Notes: a model not told the origin generated them from the letters alone. A DNA stretch of 16,801 nucleotides from Candidatus Rokuibacteriota bacterium (GCA_016184305.1 JACPCX010000132.1:1-16801), one strand, 5' to 3'. Positions 8,589 to 16,801 are shown, counted from the first letter of the stretch. A program made the numbers and translations.

Positions 8589-8608
8589 TCGCGGGCCGGG
8601 AGAGACCG

Positions 8609-8884
8609 ATGACTGACGAAAAGAAGCCGAAGAAGGGCGGGATCCTGAGCGTGTTCAAGGACATCGTGTACGGGATGTCCTCCCACGAGATGACCCGCCA
8701 CGCAGTCCGCTCCCGGGCGAGCATGGAACACCTGTTCATCCTCATCACAATGGGTGACCTCCTGGGGGTCCCGATCCTGCCGCCCTACTACTCGCTGAGA
8801 CTCCTGCCGTACGTGACGCCCCAGATCAGCTCCTGGAAACGCCGCATGCTCCGGGAGCGCGACATCACCGACGTCCTGGGGTAA
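8609..8884 (+). CDS. Small CstA/ArsA-associated protein, paralog 2
   Basis: 91 aa; core TMGDLLGVPILPPYYSLRLLPYVTPQISSWKRRM; SD-like GGGAGAG upstream. Confidence 0.8.
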   Translation: MTDEKKPKKGGILSVFKDIVYGMSSHEMTRHAVRSRASMEHLFILITMGDLLGVPILPPYYSLRLLPYVTPQISSWKRRMLRERDITDVLG

Positions 8885-8946
8885 AGACCGGCCCCGCCCG
8901 CCCCGGCCGCCAAGCCGCCGCGAGGCGGATTGCCCAAGGAGGGACC

Positions 8947-9933
8947 ATGTCGCTCAGGACGGTCTTCGAGAGTCAGCCGGACCGGCGGTACATCATGTTC
9001 GGCGGCAAGGGCGGGCTCGGGAAGACCACGCTCTCCGCCACGTGCGCCTTCTGGCTGGCCAGCCAGGGCAAGCGCGTCCTCCTCTTCTCCGTCGATCCGC
9101 AGGCCAGCCTCTCGGACATCTTCCAGAAGGACATCTTCGGCAAGGGCCCGGTGCCGATCATGCAGAACCTCTGGGCCCAGGAAGTGGACGCCGACCGGCG
9201 GATCAAGGACTACCAGGAGGAGATCCGCAAGAAGATCCTGGACATGTACGGCTTCGACCGCGTCCCCGAGGAGATCGACAACTACATCGCCGCCGCCTCC
9301 GCCGAGCCCGCCATGGAGGAGAGCGCCATCTTCGACGCCGTCGTGGACATCATCGTCCAGGGCGACTACGACTACTACATCTACGACCTGGTGCCGCTCG
9401 GTCACGCGCTGTACTACCTGTCCATGGCGAAGGTGTACGACGAGTGGATCAACAAGATCACCAAGCTCCGCGAGGAGATGCGCCAGTACGACCAGGTGGC
9501 GGCGACGATGCGCCGTGAGGAGACCATGGAGGAGGACAAGATCCTCGGCGAGCTCCTCTACATCAAGGAGCGGATCAACGCCTCCTCCCGCATCCTGACC
9601 GACAAGCACCGCACCGCCTTCTTCTTCGTGCTGGTGCCGGAGCAGATGATCATCCTCGACACGAAGAAGGCCGCGGAGCTGTTCGCCAAGTTCGAGGTGC
9701 CCCTCTCGGGCTACGTGGTGAACCGGGTGCTCCCGCCGGACCTGGGCGCGGGTCACATCCCCGAGTACCTGCGAAACCGGATCACGATGCAGCAGCGGTA
9801 CATGAAGGAGATCCAGTCCACCTTCGGTGCCCAGATCCTGGCCTACGTGCCGGAGATGGAGCGCGACATCACCGGGCTCCCGATGATCGAGCGCCTGGCC
9901 AAGCGGCTGTTCGAGGAGGAGCCGCAGACATGA
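8947..9933 (+). CDS. ArsA/GET3/TRC40-family ATPase, single domain, subunit 1
   Basis: Deviant Walker A GGKGGLGKTT; switch I SVDPQASLSD; switch II degenerate DLVPLGH; VVNRV. SD AAGGAGG. Confidence 0.93.
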   Translation: MSLRTVFESQPDRRYIMFGGKGGLGKTTLSATCAFWLASQGKRVLLFSVDPQASLSDIFQKDIFGKGPVPIMQNLWAQEVDADRRIKDYQEEIRKKILDMYGFDRVPEEIDNYIAAASAEPAMEESAIFDAVVDIIVQGDYDYYIYDLVPLGHALYYLSMAKVYDEWINKITKLREEMRQYDQVAATMRREETMEEDKILGELLYIKERINASSRILTDKHRTAFFFVLVPEQMIILDTKKAAELFAKFEVPLSGYVVNRVLPPDLGAGHIPEYLRNRITMQQRYMKEIQSTFGAQILAYVPEMERDITGLPMIERLAKRLFEEEPQT

Positions 9934-10919
9934 GCGCCGAAGGCGCCGTCACGACCTCGATGCGCGACTACCTCCGCGAGCATCCCTCGCTCAAGTTCCT
10001 CTTCTTCGGCGGCAAGGGCGGCGTGGGCAAGACCGCCCTGGCCGGGGCGACCGCCCTCTGGCTCGCCGGGCAGGGCCGGCGGACTCTGCTCGCCTCCACC
10101 AATCCCGTCCATAGCCTCTCGGGCCTCCTCGGGCAAGACGTTTCTGGCGGGCACACCGACATCACCGGCGTGCCCAATTTCTGGGCCTACGAGATCGACA
10201 CCCGGGAGACCATCGAGCGCTCCAAGAAGGACATCCGCGACAAGATCCAGTGGTTCCTCAAGTTCGCCGACATCTCGACCAAGGCCGACGACTTCGTCGA
10301 GTCGGCCACCATGAACCCCGCGTTCGAGGAGTCGGCCATGTTCGAGAACATGGTCGACATGATGCTCAAGAACGAATACGACACCTACGTGTTCGACACC
10401 GCGCCGACCGCCAATGCCCGGCGCCTGCTCGGGATGTCCAAGGTCTACTCCCTCTGGGTGGACAAGATGCTCAAGTCCCGGGAGGAGGCGCGCACGCTCC
10501 GCGAGATGCTCTCCTTCACCAAGAAGAAGGAGGACGATCCGCTCCTGCGGTACCTCCTCCAGTTCCGCACCCGCATGGGGCAGGCGCGCCTGCTCCTGAC
10601 CGACGCCCAGCAGACCGCCTTCTTCTTCGTGACGCTGCCCGAGGCCCTCCCCATCGCCGTCATCACCCGCTTCATCGGCTGGTTCCACGATTTCGGCATC
10701 CCGGTGGGCGGTGTGATCGTGAACATGCTGCTGGACCGGCAGGCGCTCGGGAAGGACGTCCCTGAGTTCGTCCTGAACCGCATGCAGATGCAGGACGAAC
10801 ACATGAAAACCGTCTGGGAGAAGTTCGACGGCCAGGTGCGCGCCATCTTGCCGCTGTTCGATCAGGAGGTGCGCGGCGTGCCAATGCTCCGCCAGGCCGC
10901 CGACGCGCTCTTCCGGTAG
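9930..10919 (+). CDS. ArsA/GET3/TRC40-family ATPase, single domain, subunit 2
   Basis: GGKGGVGKTA; switch I STNPVHSLS; switch II DTAPTAN; VIVNM. ATGA overlap with the upstream ATPase. Confidence 0.93.
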   Translation: MSAEGAVTTSMRDYLREHPSLKFLFFGGKGGVGKTALAGATALWLAGQGRRTLLASTNPVHSLSGLLGQDVSGGHTDITGVPNFWAYEIDTRETIERSKKDIRDKIQWFLKFADISTKADDFVESATMNPAFEESAMFENMVDMMLKNEYDTYVFDTAPTANARRLLGMSKVYSLWVDKMLKSREEARTLREMLSFTKKKEDDPLLRYLLQFRTRMGQARLLLTDAQQTAFFFVTLPEALPIAVITRFIGWFHDFGIPVGGVIVNMLLDRQALGKDVPEFVLNRMQMQDEHMKTVWEKFDGQVRAILPLFDQEVRGVPMLRQAADALFR

Positions 10920-10936
10920 CGACTTCCCGTACCGCC

Positions 10937-11003
10937 GCGCGTGCTCGATTTCCTCCTGAACCCGCTGCCGCGCCGGACCCACGAGTCCCTCCGAGAGCGA
11001 TAG
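10937..11003 (+). repeat. Diverged copy of the hlyD 3' end (5337-5403), including the TAG stop
   Basis: 56/67 identical without gaps at offset 5600. Encodes RVLDFLLNPLPRRTHESLRER* versus RALDFFLSPLMRRSHESLRER* in hlyD. Confidence 0.9.
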
Positions 11004-11150
11004 TGGTTGCTATGGCAGGAAGCGGCCCCTCCCACGGCCCTCGATCCAGTCAAAGTACGGCACCGAAGAAAGAGGGCTTGCCCGCGACGGCGCATATCCA
11101 TACGACGACCGAGGGCCCGGAGACGTTTCCCCCGGGCGGCCGTTCCGGCG

Positions 11151-11765
11151 CTACCGCGGCTGGGCGGCTCCCCGCTCGCGCGGCCGGCCGGTGGCCATGC
11201 GGTTGGCGATGTGACGGGCGTGGCGGGCGACCTCGCGGAGATAGTCGAGGATGGCGAGGTAGGCGCTGGAGGCCCGGGGCATGCAGACGCCCTCGATGAG
11301 GCGCTCCTCGTGGGCGCGGGCGAACTCCGAGGCGATGTCCTGGAAGCGCAGGCTCTCGATCTCCACGTGCCGTGCCAGCACCTGGTTGCCCGTGCGGGTC
11401 AGGTCGCGGGCGCACTCCACCATCTCGGCCGCCCGGTCGAACAGCTCGTTGACCTCGCGGATGCCACGGTCGGTGAACACCGTCCCCTCGGCGTCTATGG
11501 TGCGCACGCAGCGGATGACGCCCTCGATGGCGTCGCCCATGCGCTCGAGGTGGGCCGGCACGAAGCGGAGCGCCTCGGGCTCGGGCGGGGCGGCGAGCAG
11601 CTCCTGGGTGAGATCCTTCTCGCGCTTGTGGATGCTCCGGCCCAGCGCGGCGGCCGTCTCGAGCCCGGCGGCGTCGTGACGGTTGAAGCCCGCGCGGGCG
11701 AGCGCGAGCATCTCGATGACGTCCTGGAACATGGGAAGGAGCGCCTCGCCCGCGGATGTCGCCAT
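11151..11765 (-). CDS. Stand-alone PhoU-like domain protein (resembles the cytoplasmic C-terminal part of Na/Pi cotransporters)
   Basis: 204 aa, helical; HLERMGD, FTDRGIREV and HEERLIEGVC...ASSAYLAIL patterns. SD GGAGGAGG. Confidence 0.75.
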   Translation of the reverse strand: MATSAGEALLPMFQDVIEMLALARAGFNRHDAAGLETAAALGRSIHKREKDLTQELLAAPPEPEALRFVPAHLERMGDAIEGVIRCVRTIDAEGTVFTDRGIREVNELFDRAAEMVECARDLTRTGNQVLARHVEIESLRFQDIASEFARAHEERLIEGVCMPRASSAYLAILDYLREVARHARHIANRMATGRPRERGAAQPR

Positions 11766-11789
11766 GGCCGGACCTCCTCCAGTGCTCCG

Positions 11790-11818
11790 ATGCTAGCGCC
11801 GCCGGCGGGTCACTTCAA
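11790..11818 (-). promoter_or_regulatory. Putative sigma70-type promoter for the PhoU-like gene, overlapping the pfk 3' end
   Basis: Minus strand TTGAAG (11818-11813)-N17-TAGCAT (11795-11790). Motif match only. Confidence 0.5.
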
Positions 11819-13054
11819 GCCGGGGGGCGGCTCCACCAGAGGGCGGAAGCGGCTGACCAGCTCCGTCTCGGTGAGGTTGCCCGCCTTGGCGATGGATGCC
11901 AGCGCTGCCGGATCCTCGAAGTCCTCGGGCTTGAGCCGGATCATGTAGGCCCAGAGGGTCTGGTAGGACTCGGCTGACACGTCCACGCGACGGACCCGGG
12001 TGCGGCCGGTCTCGGGGTCGAGCATCTCGATGAAGGGGATGGGGACGAACCGCCCGCCCTGGATTGTGATCATCGCCCCCGTCCTGCCCTCCAGGAGGAA
12101 GCGGGTGGCCCAGTAGCCGAGGCTCCGGCTGTACTGGATGTCGTAGGCCCCCGGGGCGGCGCTCCGGAGCTCGTAGCCCAGCTCCTTGGCGATGATGGTG
12201 AGGCGCAAGCCCCGGGCGGCCAGACTGGCGGTGACCCGCTCCCGCACCGCCCGCCCCAGCTCGAGCTCGGTGAACCGCACATGGCCCACCGGGTCCCGCT
12301 CGACATGCCCCAGCGTCTCGGGGCCCAGCTTCTCGGCGAGCCCTTCCGCCAGGATGGCGACGCCGTACTCGCGCCCGAGGGCGCGGCGCTTGATGATGGC
12401 TCCCTCGATGATGCCCGCCAGGTGGTCCATGGTGATCCGCGGCGCGGCAAACTCCTCCGGGATGACCGTCAGCGTGGCCGCGGCGGCCCCGCCGATGCCG
12501 AGCGCCAGGTGCCCCGTCTGCCGGCCCATCACCGTCACGAAGAACCAGCGCTCCGTCGTCGCGGCGTCCTGCATGAGGTTGCGCACCAGATCCTTGCCCA
12601 GGTTGCAGGCCGTGGTGTAGCCGAAGGTGACGAGATCGCCCGGCAGCGGCAAGTCGTTGTCGATGGTCTTGGGGATGTGAGCGATGGTCAGCGCGGGCAT
12701 GACGTCCGCGATGCGCGAGGCGGTGTAGGCGGTGCCGTCGCCGCCGATGGTCATGAGGTGGTTCACGCCGAGCCGCTCGAGGGCCTCGGCCACGCGGGCG
12801 AAGGCGCCGGGCTTGCGGGTGGCGTCGGTGCGGGAGGTGCGGATGATGGAGCCGCCCTCGAAGTGGATGGTGGAGACGCTGTGGACTTCCAGCTCCACCA
12901 CGTGGCTCGTGTCTCCCGCGGCGAGCCAGCGGAAGCCGTCGTAGCAGCCGATGACGCGCAGGCCCCGGTTGCGGGCCTCGATGGCCGCCGCCGCGATGGC
13001 GGCGTTGATCCCGGGGGCGGGCCCCCCTCCGACCAGGATGGCTAGGGTACGCAT
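11810..13054 (-). CDS. pfk: 6-phosphofructokinase, PfkA family, PPi-PFK-like clade (414 aa)
   Basis: MRTLAILVGGGPAPGIN, GGSIIRTSR, IGGDGT, PKTIDND, VMGR, AEG, KELGYELR. ATG at 13054 with SD AGGGAGG. Only the last 414 aa of the 1321-aa ORF are real. Confidence 0.92.
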   Translation of the reverse strand: MRTLAILVGGGPAPGINAAIAAAAIEARNRGLRVIGCYDGFRWLAAGDTSHVVELEVHSVSTIHFEGGSIIRTSRTDATRKPGAFARVAEALERLGVNHLMTIGGDGTAYTASRIADVMPALTIAHIPKTIDNDLPLPGDLVTFGYTTACNLGKDLVRNLMQDAATTERWFFVTVMGRQTGHLALGIGGAAAATLTVIPEEFAAPRITMDHLAGIIEGAIIKRRALGREYGVAILAEGLAEKLGPETLGHVERDPVGHVRFTELELGRAVRERVTASLAARGLRLTIIAKELGYELRSAAPGAYDIQYSRSLGYWATRFLLEGRTGAMITIQGGRFVPIPFIEMLDPETGRTRVRRVDVSAESYQTLWAYMIRLKPEDFEDPAALASIAKAGNLTETELVSRFRPLVEPPPGLK

Positions 13055-13233
13055 GGCACCTCCCTCGCTGCCACCTATCTTACATGAGCGGGCTGGCCGC
13101 CTCGCGCCCGGCCGGGCCGGGCTCCGGCGGGGGACACCGCGCAGGTTTTGCGCCCGACACAGCCGACTCGAACCCGACGCGCGACAGGCCGGGCGGAATC
13201 GCCGCCGGCGCGCGCCGATTTCGCCGAGGACGA

Positions 13234-13263
13234 TTGACTCGCTGCTGCGCCATCGTCTAGCAT
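13234..13263 (+). promoter_or_regulatory. Putative sigma70-type promoter for the fbp-remnant / fbaB unit
   Basis: TTGACT (13234-13239)-N18-TAGCAT (13258-13263). Motif match only. Confidence 0.5.
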
Positions 13264-13311
13264 CGAGAGCAGGGCAGCACACGCCGTTCTCCCCCCGGGC
13301 CCCGAGGTGAG

Positions 13312-13581
13312 GTGACCACCGTGGCCGACGAGCGGATGACTCTCTCCGAGCACCTCCTGTACCCGGCCGACATGTCCGATCCGGCCAGGCCCAAGGGCAA
13401 GCTCCGGCTCCTCTACGAGGTGGCGCCCATGGCCTTCGTGCTGGAGCAGGCCGGCGGCCGCGCCAGCACGGGGACAGGACGGGTGCTCGACGTTGTCGCC
13501 ACCGAGTATCACCAGCGGGTCCCGATCCTGATCGGCAGCCCCGAGGAAGTCGCCCTGGCCGAAGACTTCTATCGCCGGTGA
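13312..13581 (+). pseudogene. fbp: Class 1 fructose-1,6-bisphosphatase remnant with a large in-frame internal deletion
   Basis: LYP...[30 protein letters not shown]...[10 protein letters not shown] is the FBPase class 1 C-terminus. It is fused directly to an N-terminus-like MTLSEHL. Total 89 aa versus ~330 aa for the family. Confidence 0.85.
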
Positions 13582-13615
13582 CCCGACCGGCGCCACAGAA
13601 AGGACGGAGCCCACC

Positions 13616-14542
13616 ATGCAAGCGCGCGTTCGAGAAATCCTGAGCTGGTACGGAAGCGACAGCCCCGGGACCAGGACCAATCTCGCCCGGCTCCTGAATC
13701 ACGGCCGGCTGGCCGGGACGGGCCGGTTCGTGATCCTGCCCGTGGACCAGGGGTTCGAGCATGGCCCGGCGCGGAGCTTCGCCGTCAACCCGCCCGCCTA
13801 CGATCCCCTCTACCACTTCCGCCTCGCCATCGACGCCGGCTGCAACGCCTACGCGGCGCCGCTCGGCTTCCTCGAGGCGGGTGCGGCGGAGTTCGCCGGC
13901 GAGATCCCGCTCATCCTCAAGATGAACAACCACGACGTGCTCAACGACGAGAAGGACCCGCTCTCGGCGGTGACGGCCTCCGTGAAGGACGCCCTCCGGC
14001 TCGGCTGCGTCGGCGTGGGCTTCACGATCTACCCCGGTTCCACCCAGGCGCAGATCATGTACGCGCAGTGCCGCGAGATGATCCAGGAGGCCAAGGCCCA
14101 CGGGCTCGTCGCCGTCGTCTGGTCCTATCCGCGCGGCTCGGGCCTGAGCAAGGCCGGCGAGACGGCGGTGGACGTGATCGCCTACGCGGCGCAGATCGCC
14201 GCCCAGCTCGGCGCGCACCTCATCAAGGTGAAGCCGCCGGCGGAGCACATCGAGCAGCCCGAGGCGAAGAAGGCCTACGAGAAGGCCGGCGTGCCCATCG
14301 GCACGCTCGCCGAGCGCGTGCGGCACGTGGTGCAGTCGGCCTTCGACGGCCGGCGCGTCGTGATCTTCTCCGGCGGCGCCACCAAGGAGAACGACGAGGC
14401 GATCTACGAGGAGTGCCGCGGCATCCGCGACGGCGGCGGCTTCGGGTCCATCATCGGGCGCAACTCCTTCCAGCGGCCGCGGGACAAAGCCCTGGCCTTC
14501 CTGGCGACCGTGATGAAGATCTACTCCGGCGAAGTGAAGTAG
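13616..14542 (+). CDS. fbaB: Class I fructose-bisphosphate aldolase (FbaB/DhnA family)
   Basis: ILPVDQGFEHGP, TIYPGS, VWSYPRG, AAQLGAHLIKVK (Schiff-base Lys), FSGG, IIGRNSFQR. Confidence 0.93.
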   Translation: MQARVREILSWYGSDSPGTRTNLARLLNHGRLAGTGRFVILPVDQGFEHGPARSFAVNPPAYDPLYHFRLAIDAGCNAYAAPLGFLEAGAAEFAGEIPLILKMNNHDVLNDEKDPLSAVTASVKDALRLGCVGVGFTIYPGSTQAQIMYAQCREMIQEAKAHGLVAVVWSYPRGSGLSKAGETAVDVIAYAAQIAAQLGAHLIKVKPPAEHIEQPEAKKAYEKAGVPIGTLAERVRHVVQSAFDGRRVVIFSGGATKENDEAIYEECRGIRDGGGFGSIIGRNSFQRPRDKALAFLATVMKIYSGEVK

Positions 14543-14587
14543 CCCGTGCCCACGCCCCCGCCAAGCGAGGCCGAGGTGCGGGAGTAC

Positions 14588-15580
14588 ATGGGTTTGATCG
14601 ATATCCACAACCATATCCTCTCTCAGGCCTGGGTGGATCTCCTGACCGCCCACGGCGGGCACCGCTACCACATCGCGAAGGACTCGGAGGGCCGGCGCGT
14701 CATCATGCGCAAGGCCGCCCGGTTCATGAGCCTCACCGACGCCATGTTCGACCCGGAGATGCGGCTTGCCGCCATGGACGAGGTGGGCGTGGAGACGCAG
14801 CTTCTCTCCTACACCTGCCCGAACTGCTACTGGGCCGACGGCAAGATGGCGGAACAGGTGGCGCGGGTGATGAACGACCACATGGCCGAGGTCTGCGCCC
14901 GCTGGCCCCGGCGCTTCCGCGGGCTCGGGAGCATCCCGATGCAGGACGTGGACCTGGCACTCAGGGAGCTGGAGCGCTGCGTGGATCAGCTCGGGATGGT
15001 CGGGCTCATCATCCTGGCCAATGTCAACGACGTCCTGCTGGACGACGCGCGCTTCGAGCCCGTCTGGGCCGAGATCAACCGCCGGCGGCTCCCCGTGCTC
15101 CTGCACCCGACGGTGCCGCCGGGCTTCGACGCCATGGGGATGGACAGCTACGGGCTCATCGCCTCGCTCGGCTTCATGGTGGACACCACGCTGGCGGTGA
15201 CGCGGATGGTCCTGGCGGGCGTCTTCGAGCGCTACCCCGACTGGCCGCTCATCGTCGGCCACGCCGGCGCCACCCTGCCGTTCATCGCCGGCCGCCTCGA
15301 TCAGTGTCACCGCTTCATCCCCGACACCCGCCAGTTCACGAAGAAGCTGCCGTCGGAGTACCTCAAGCGGCTCTACTACGACACCGTGACCTACGACGCC
15401 GACGCGCTTCATCTGGCCTACACCCTCGCGGGGCCGGAGCGACTGCTCTACGGCAGCGACTACCCGCACAATATCGGCGACATGAAGGGCTGCGCGGACC
15501 GCGTGACGGCTCTCCCGATCCCCGAGGCCGCGAAGGAGCTGATCCGCGCGGGCAACGCGAAGCGCCTCTTCCGGCTCTGA
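14588..15580 (+). CDS. Amidohydrolase_2 family metal-dependent enzyme (ACMSD-like decarboxylase/hydratase)
   Basis: IDIHNH (HxH), VLLHP, GHAGATLPF, YYDT, GSDYPH. ATG 14588 is preferred over GTG 14546 because the HxH motif normally sits at the N-terminus. Confidence 0.88.
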   Translation: MGLIDIHNHILSQAWVDLLTAHGGHRYHIAKDSEGRRVIMRKAARFMSLTDAMFDPEMRLAAMDEVGVETQLLSYTCPNCYWADGKMAEQVARVMNDHMAEVCARWPRRFRGLGSIPMQDVDLALRELERCVDQLGMVGLIILANVNDVLLDDARFEPVWAEINRRRLPVLLHPTVPPGFDAMGMDSYGLIASLGFMVDTTLAVTRMVLAGVFERYPDWPLIVGHAGATLPFIAGRLDQCHRFIPDTRQFTKKLPSEYLKRLYYDTVTYDADALHLAYTLAGPERLLYGSDYPHNIGDMKGCADRVTALPIPEAAKELIRAGNAKRLFRL

Positions 15581-15617
15581 GCGCCAAGGAAATCGCCGGC
15601 CGCCGGGGGCTCTCCGG

Positions 15618-15623
15618 TATACT
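15618..15623 (+). promoter_or_regulatory. Putative -10 element (TATACT) 6 nt upstream of ATG 15630, leaderless arrangement
   Basis: TATACT-gcgcgc-ATG with no SD in between. Confidence 0.5.
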
Positions 15624-15629
15624 GCGCGC

Positions 15630-15941
15630 ATGACACCCAATGGGCGGCTCCTCCGGCTCGTCGCCACCGCGCTCGTCGTGGTGCTGGCGGTGGGGCTTGC
15701 GGCGCCGGCCCGGGCCGAGGCCGACATCCTCACCACGCTTGCCATCGTCTCGCTGGTGGTCGCGGGCGTCATCATCGTCGTCTACCTGGTCGTGGCCAAC
15801 GTGAAGGGCTCGAAGATGCAGGCCGAGGAGGCGCCCGCCATGGTGGCGTGCATCGAGTCGGACGCGAGCCCGAGGAATTGCTGGCCCATGGCCGGCCCCG
15901 TTCCGGCCGCCGCTGTTCCGCAGATCGAGCCTCAGAGCTAG
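15630..15941 (+). CDS. Small membrane protein with signal peptide-like N-terminus and one further TM helix
   Basis: MTPNGRLLRLVATALVVVLAVGLAAPARA (AxA site), then hydrophobic ILTTLAIVSLVVAGVIIVVYLVV, then a C-x8-C pair. Confidence 0.65.
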   Translation: MTPNGRLLRLVATALVVVLAVGLAAPARAEADILTTLAIVSLVVAGVIIVVYLVVANVKGSKMQAEEAPAMVACIESDASPRNCWPMAGPVPAAAVPQIEPQS

Positions 15942-15998
15942 GCCGCAGCGCAGCCCGGTCGGACACCCGCTCACAACAACAAGAGGAAGAGGACCCGC

Positions 15999-16801
<803 letters not shown>

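Noticed and set aside
8208..8918. 12-mer CCGCCAAGCCGC in two intergenic regions (8208-8219 and 8907-8918)
   Set aside because: Short and GC-rich, only two copies; cannot be separated from chance.
8947..10919. Arsenic resistance operon
   Set aside because: No arsB/acr3, arsC, arsD or arsR in the window; the ATPases are single-domain and lack the Cys ligands of true ArsA.
6107..10982. Minus-strand ORFs 6107-8473, 8788-9756 and 9843-10982
   Set aside because: Antisense to cstA and the ATPases; composition typical of reverse-frame artefacts.
11810..15775. 1321-aa minus-strand ORF as one giant PFK fusion
   Set aside because: Only 11810-13054 is PFK, with its own ATG and SD. The rest is antisense to the fbp remnant, fbaB and the amidohydrolase, a stop-poor shadow frame typical of high-GC DNA.

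Overview
High-GC bacterial window with three blocks. (1) 1-5403: the 3' part of an RTX Ca-binding repeat protein, broken by a deletion/frameshift at ~516, followed by its type I secretion ABC transporter (HlyB-type) and membrane fusion protein (HlyD-type). (2) ~5404-11003: a 5.6-kb block bracketed by the hlyD 3' end and a diverged ~67-bp copy of it. It holds a divergent 2-TM gene and a six-gene operon: thioredoxin-like protein, CstA-family transporter, two small paralogous proteins, two single-domain ArsA/GET3-family ATPases. (3) 11151-16801: PhoU-like protein, PfkA-family phosphofructokinase, an internally deleted class 1 FBPase remnant, class I aldolase, amidohydrolase, a small membrane protein and the 5' part of ettA. 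Main finding: the first operon gene really starts at 5901 and reads through an in-frame TGA (5973-5975) in a U-x-x-C motif, with a SECIS-like hairpin exactly 11 nt downstream. It is a probable selenoprotein missed by the ORF track. It heads a CstA + two small proteins + two ATPases system whose ATPases have complementary motif degeneration.
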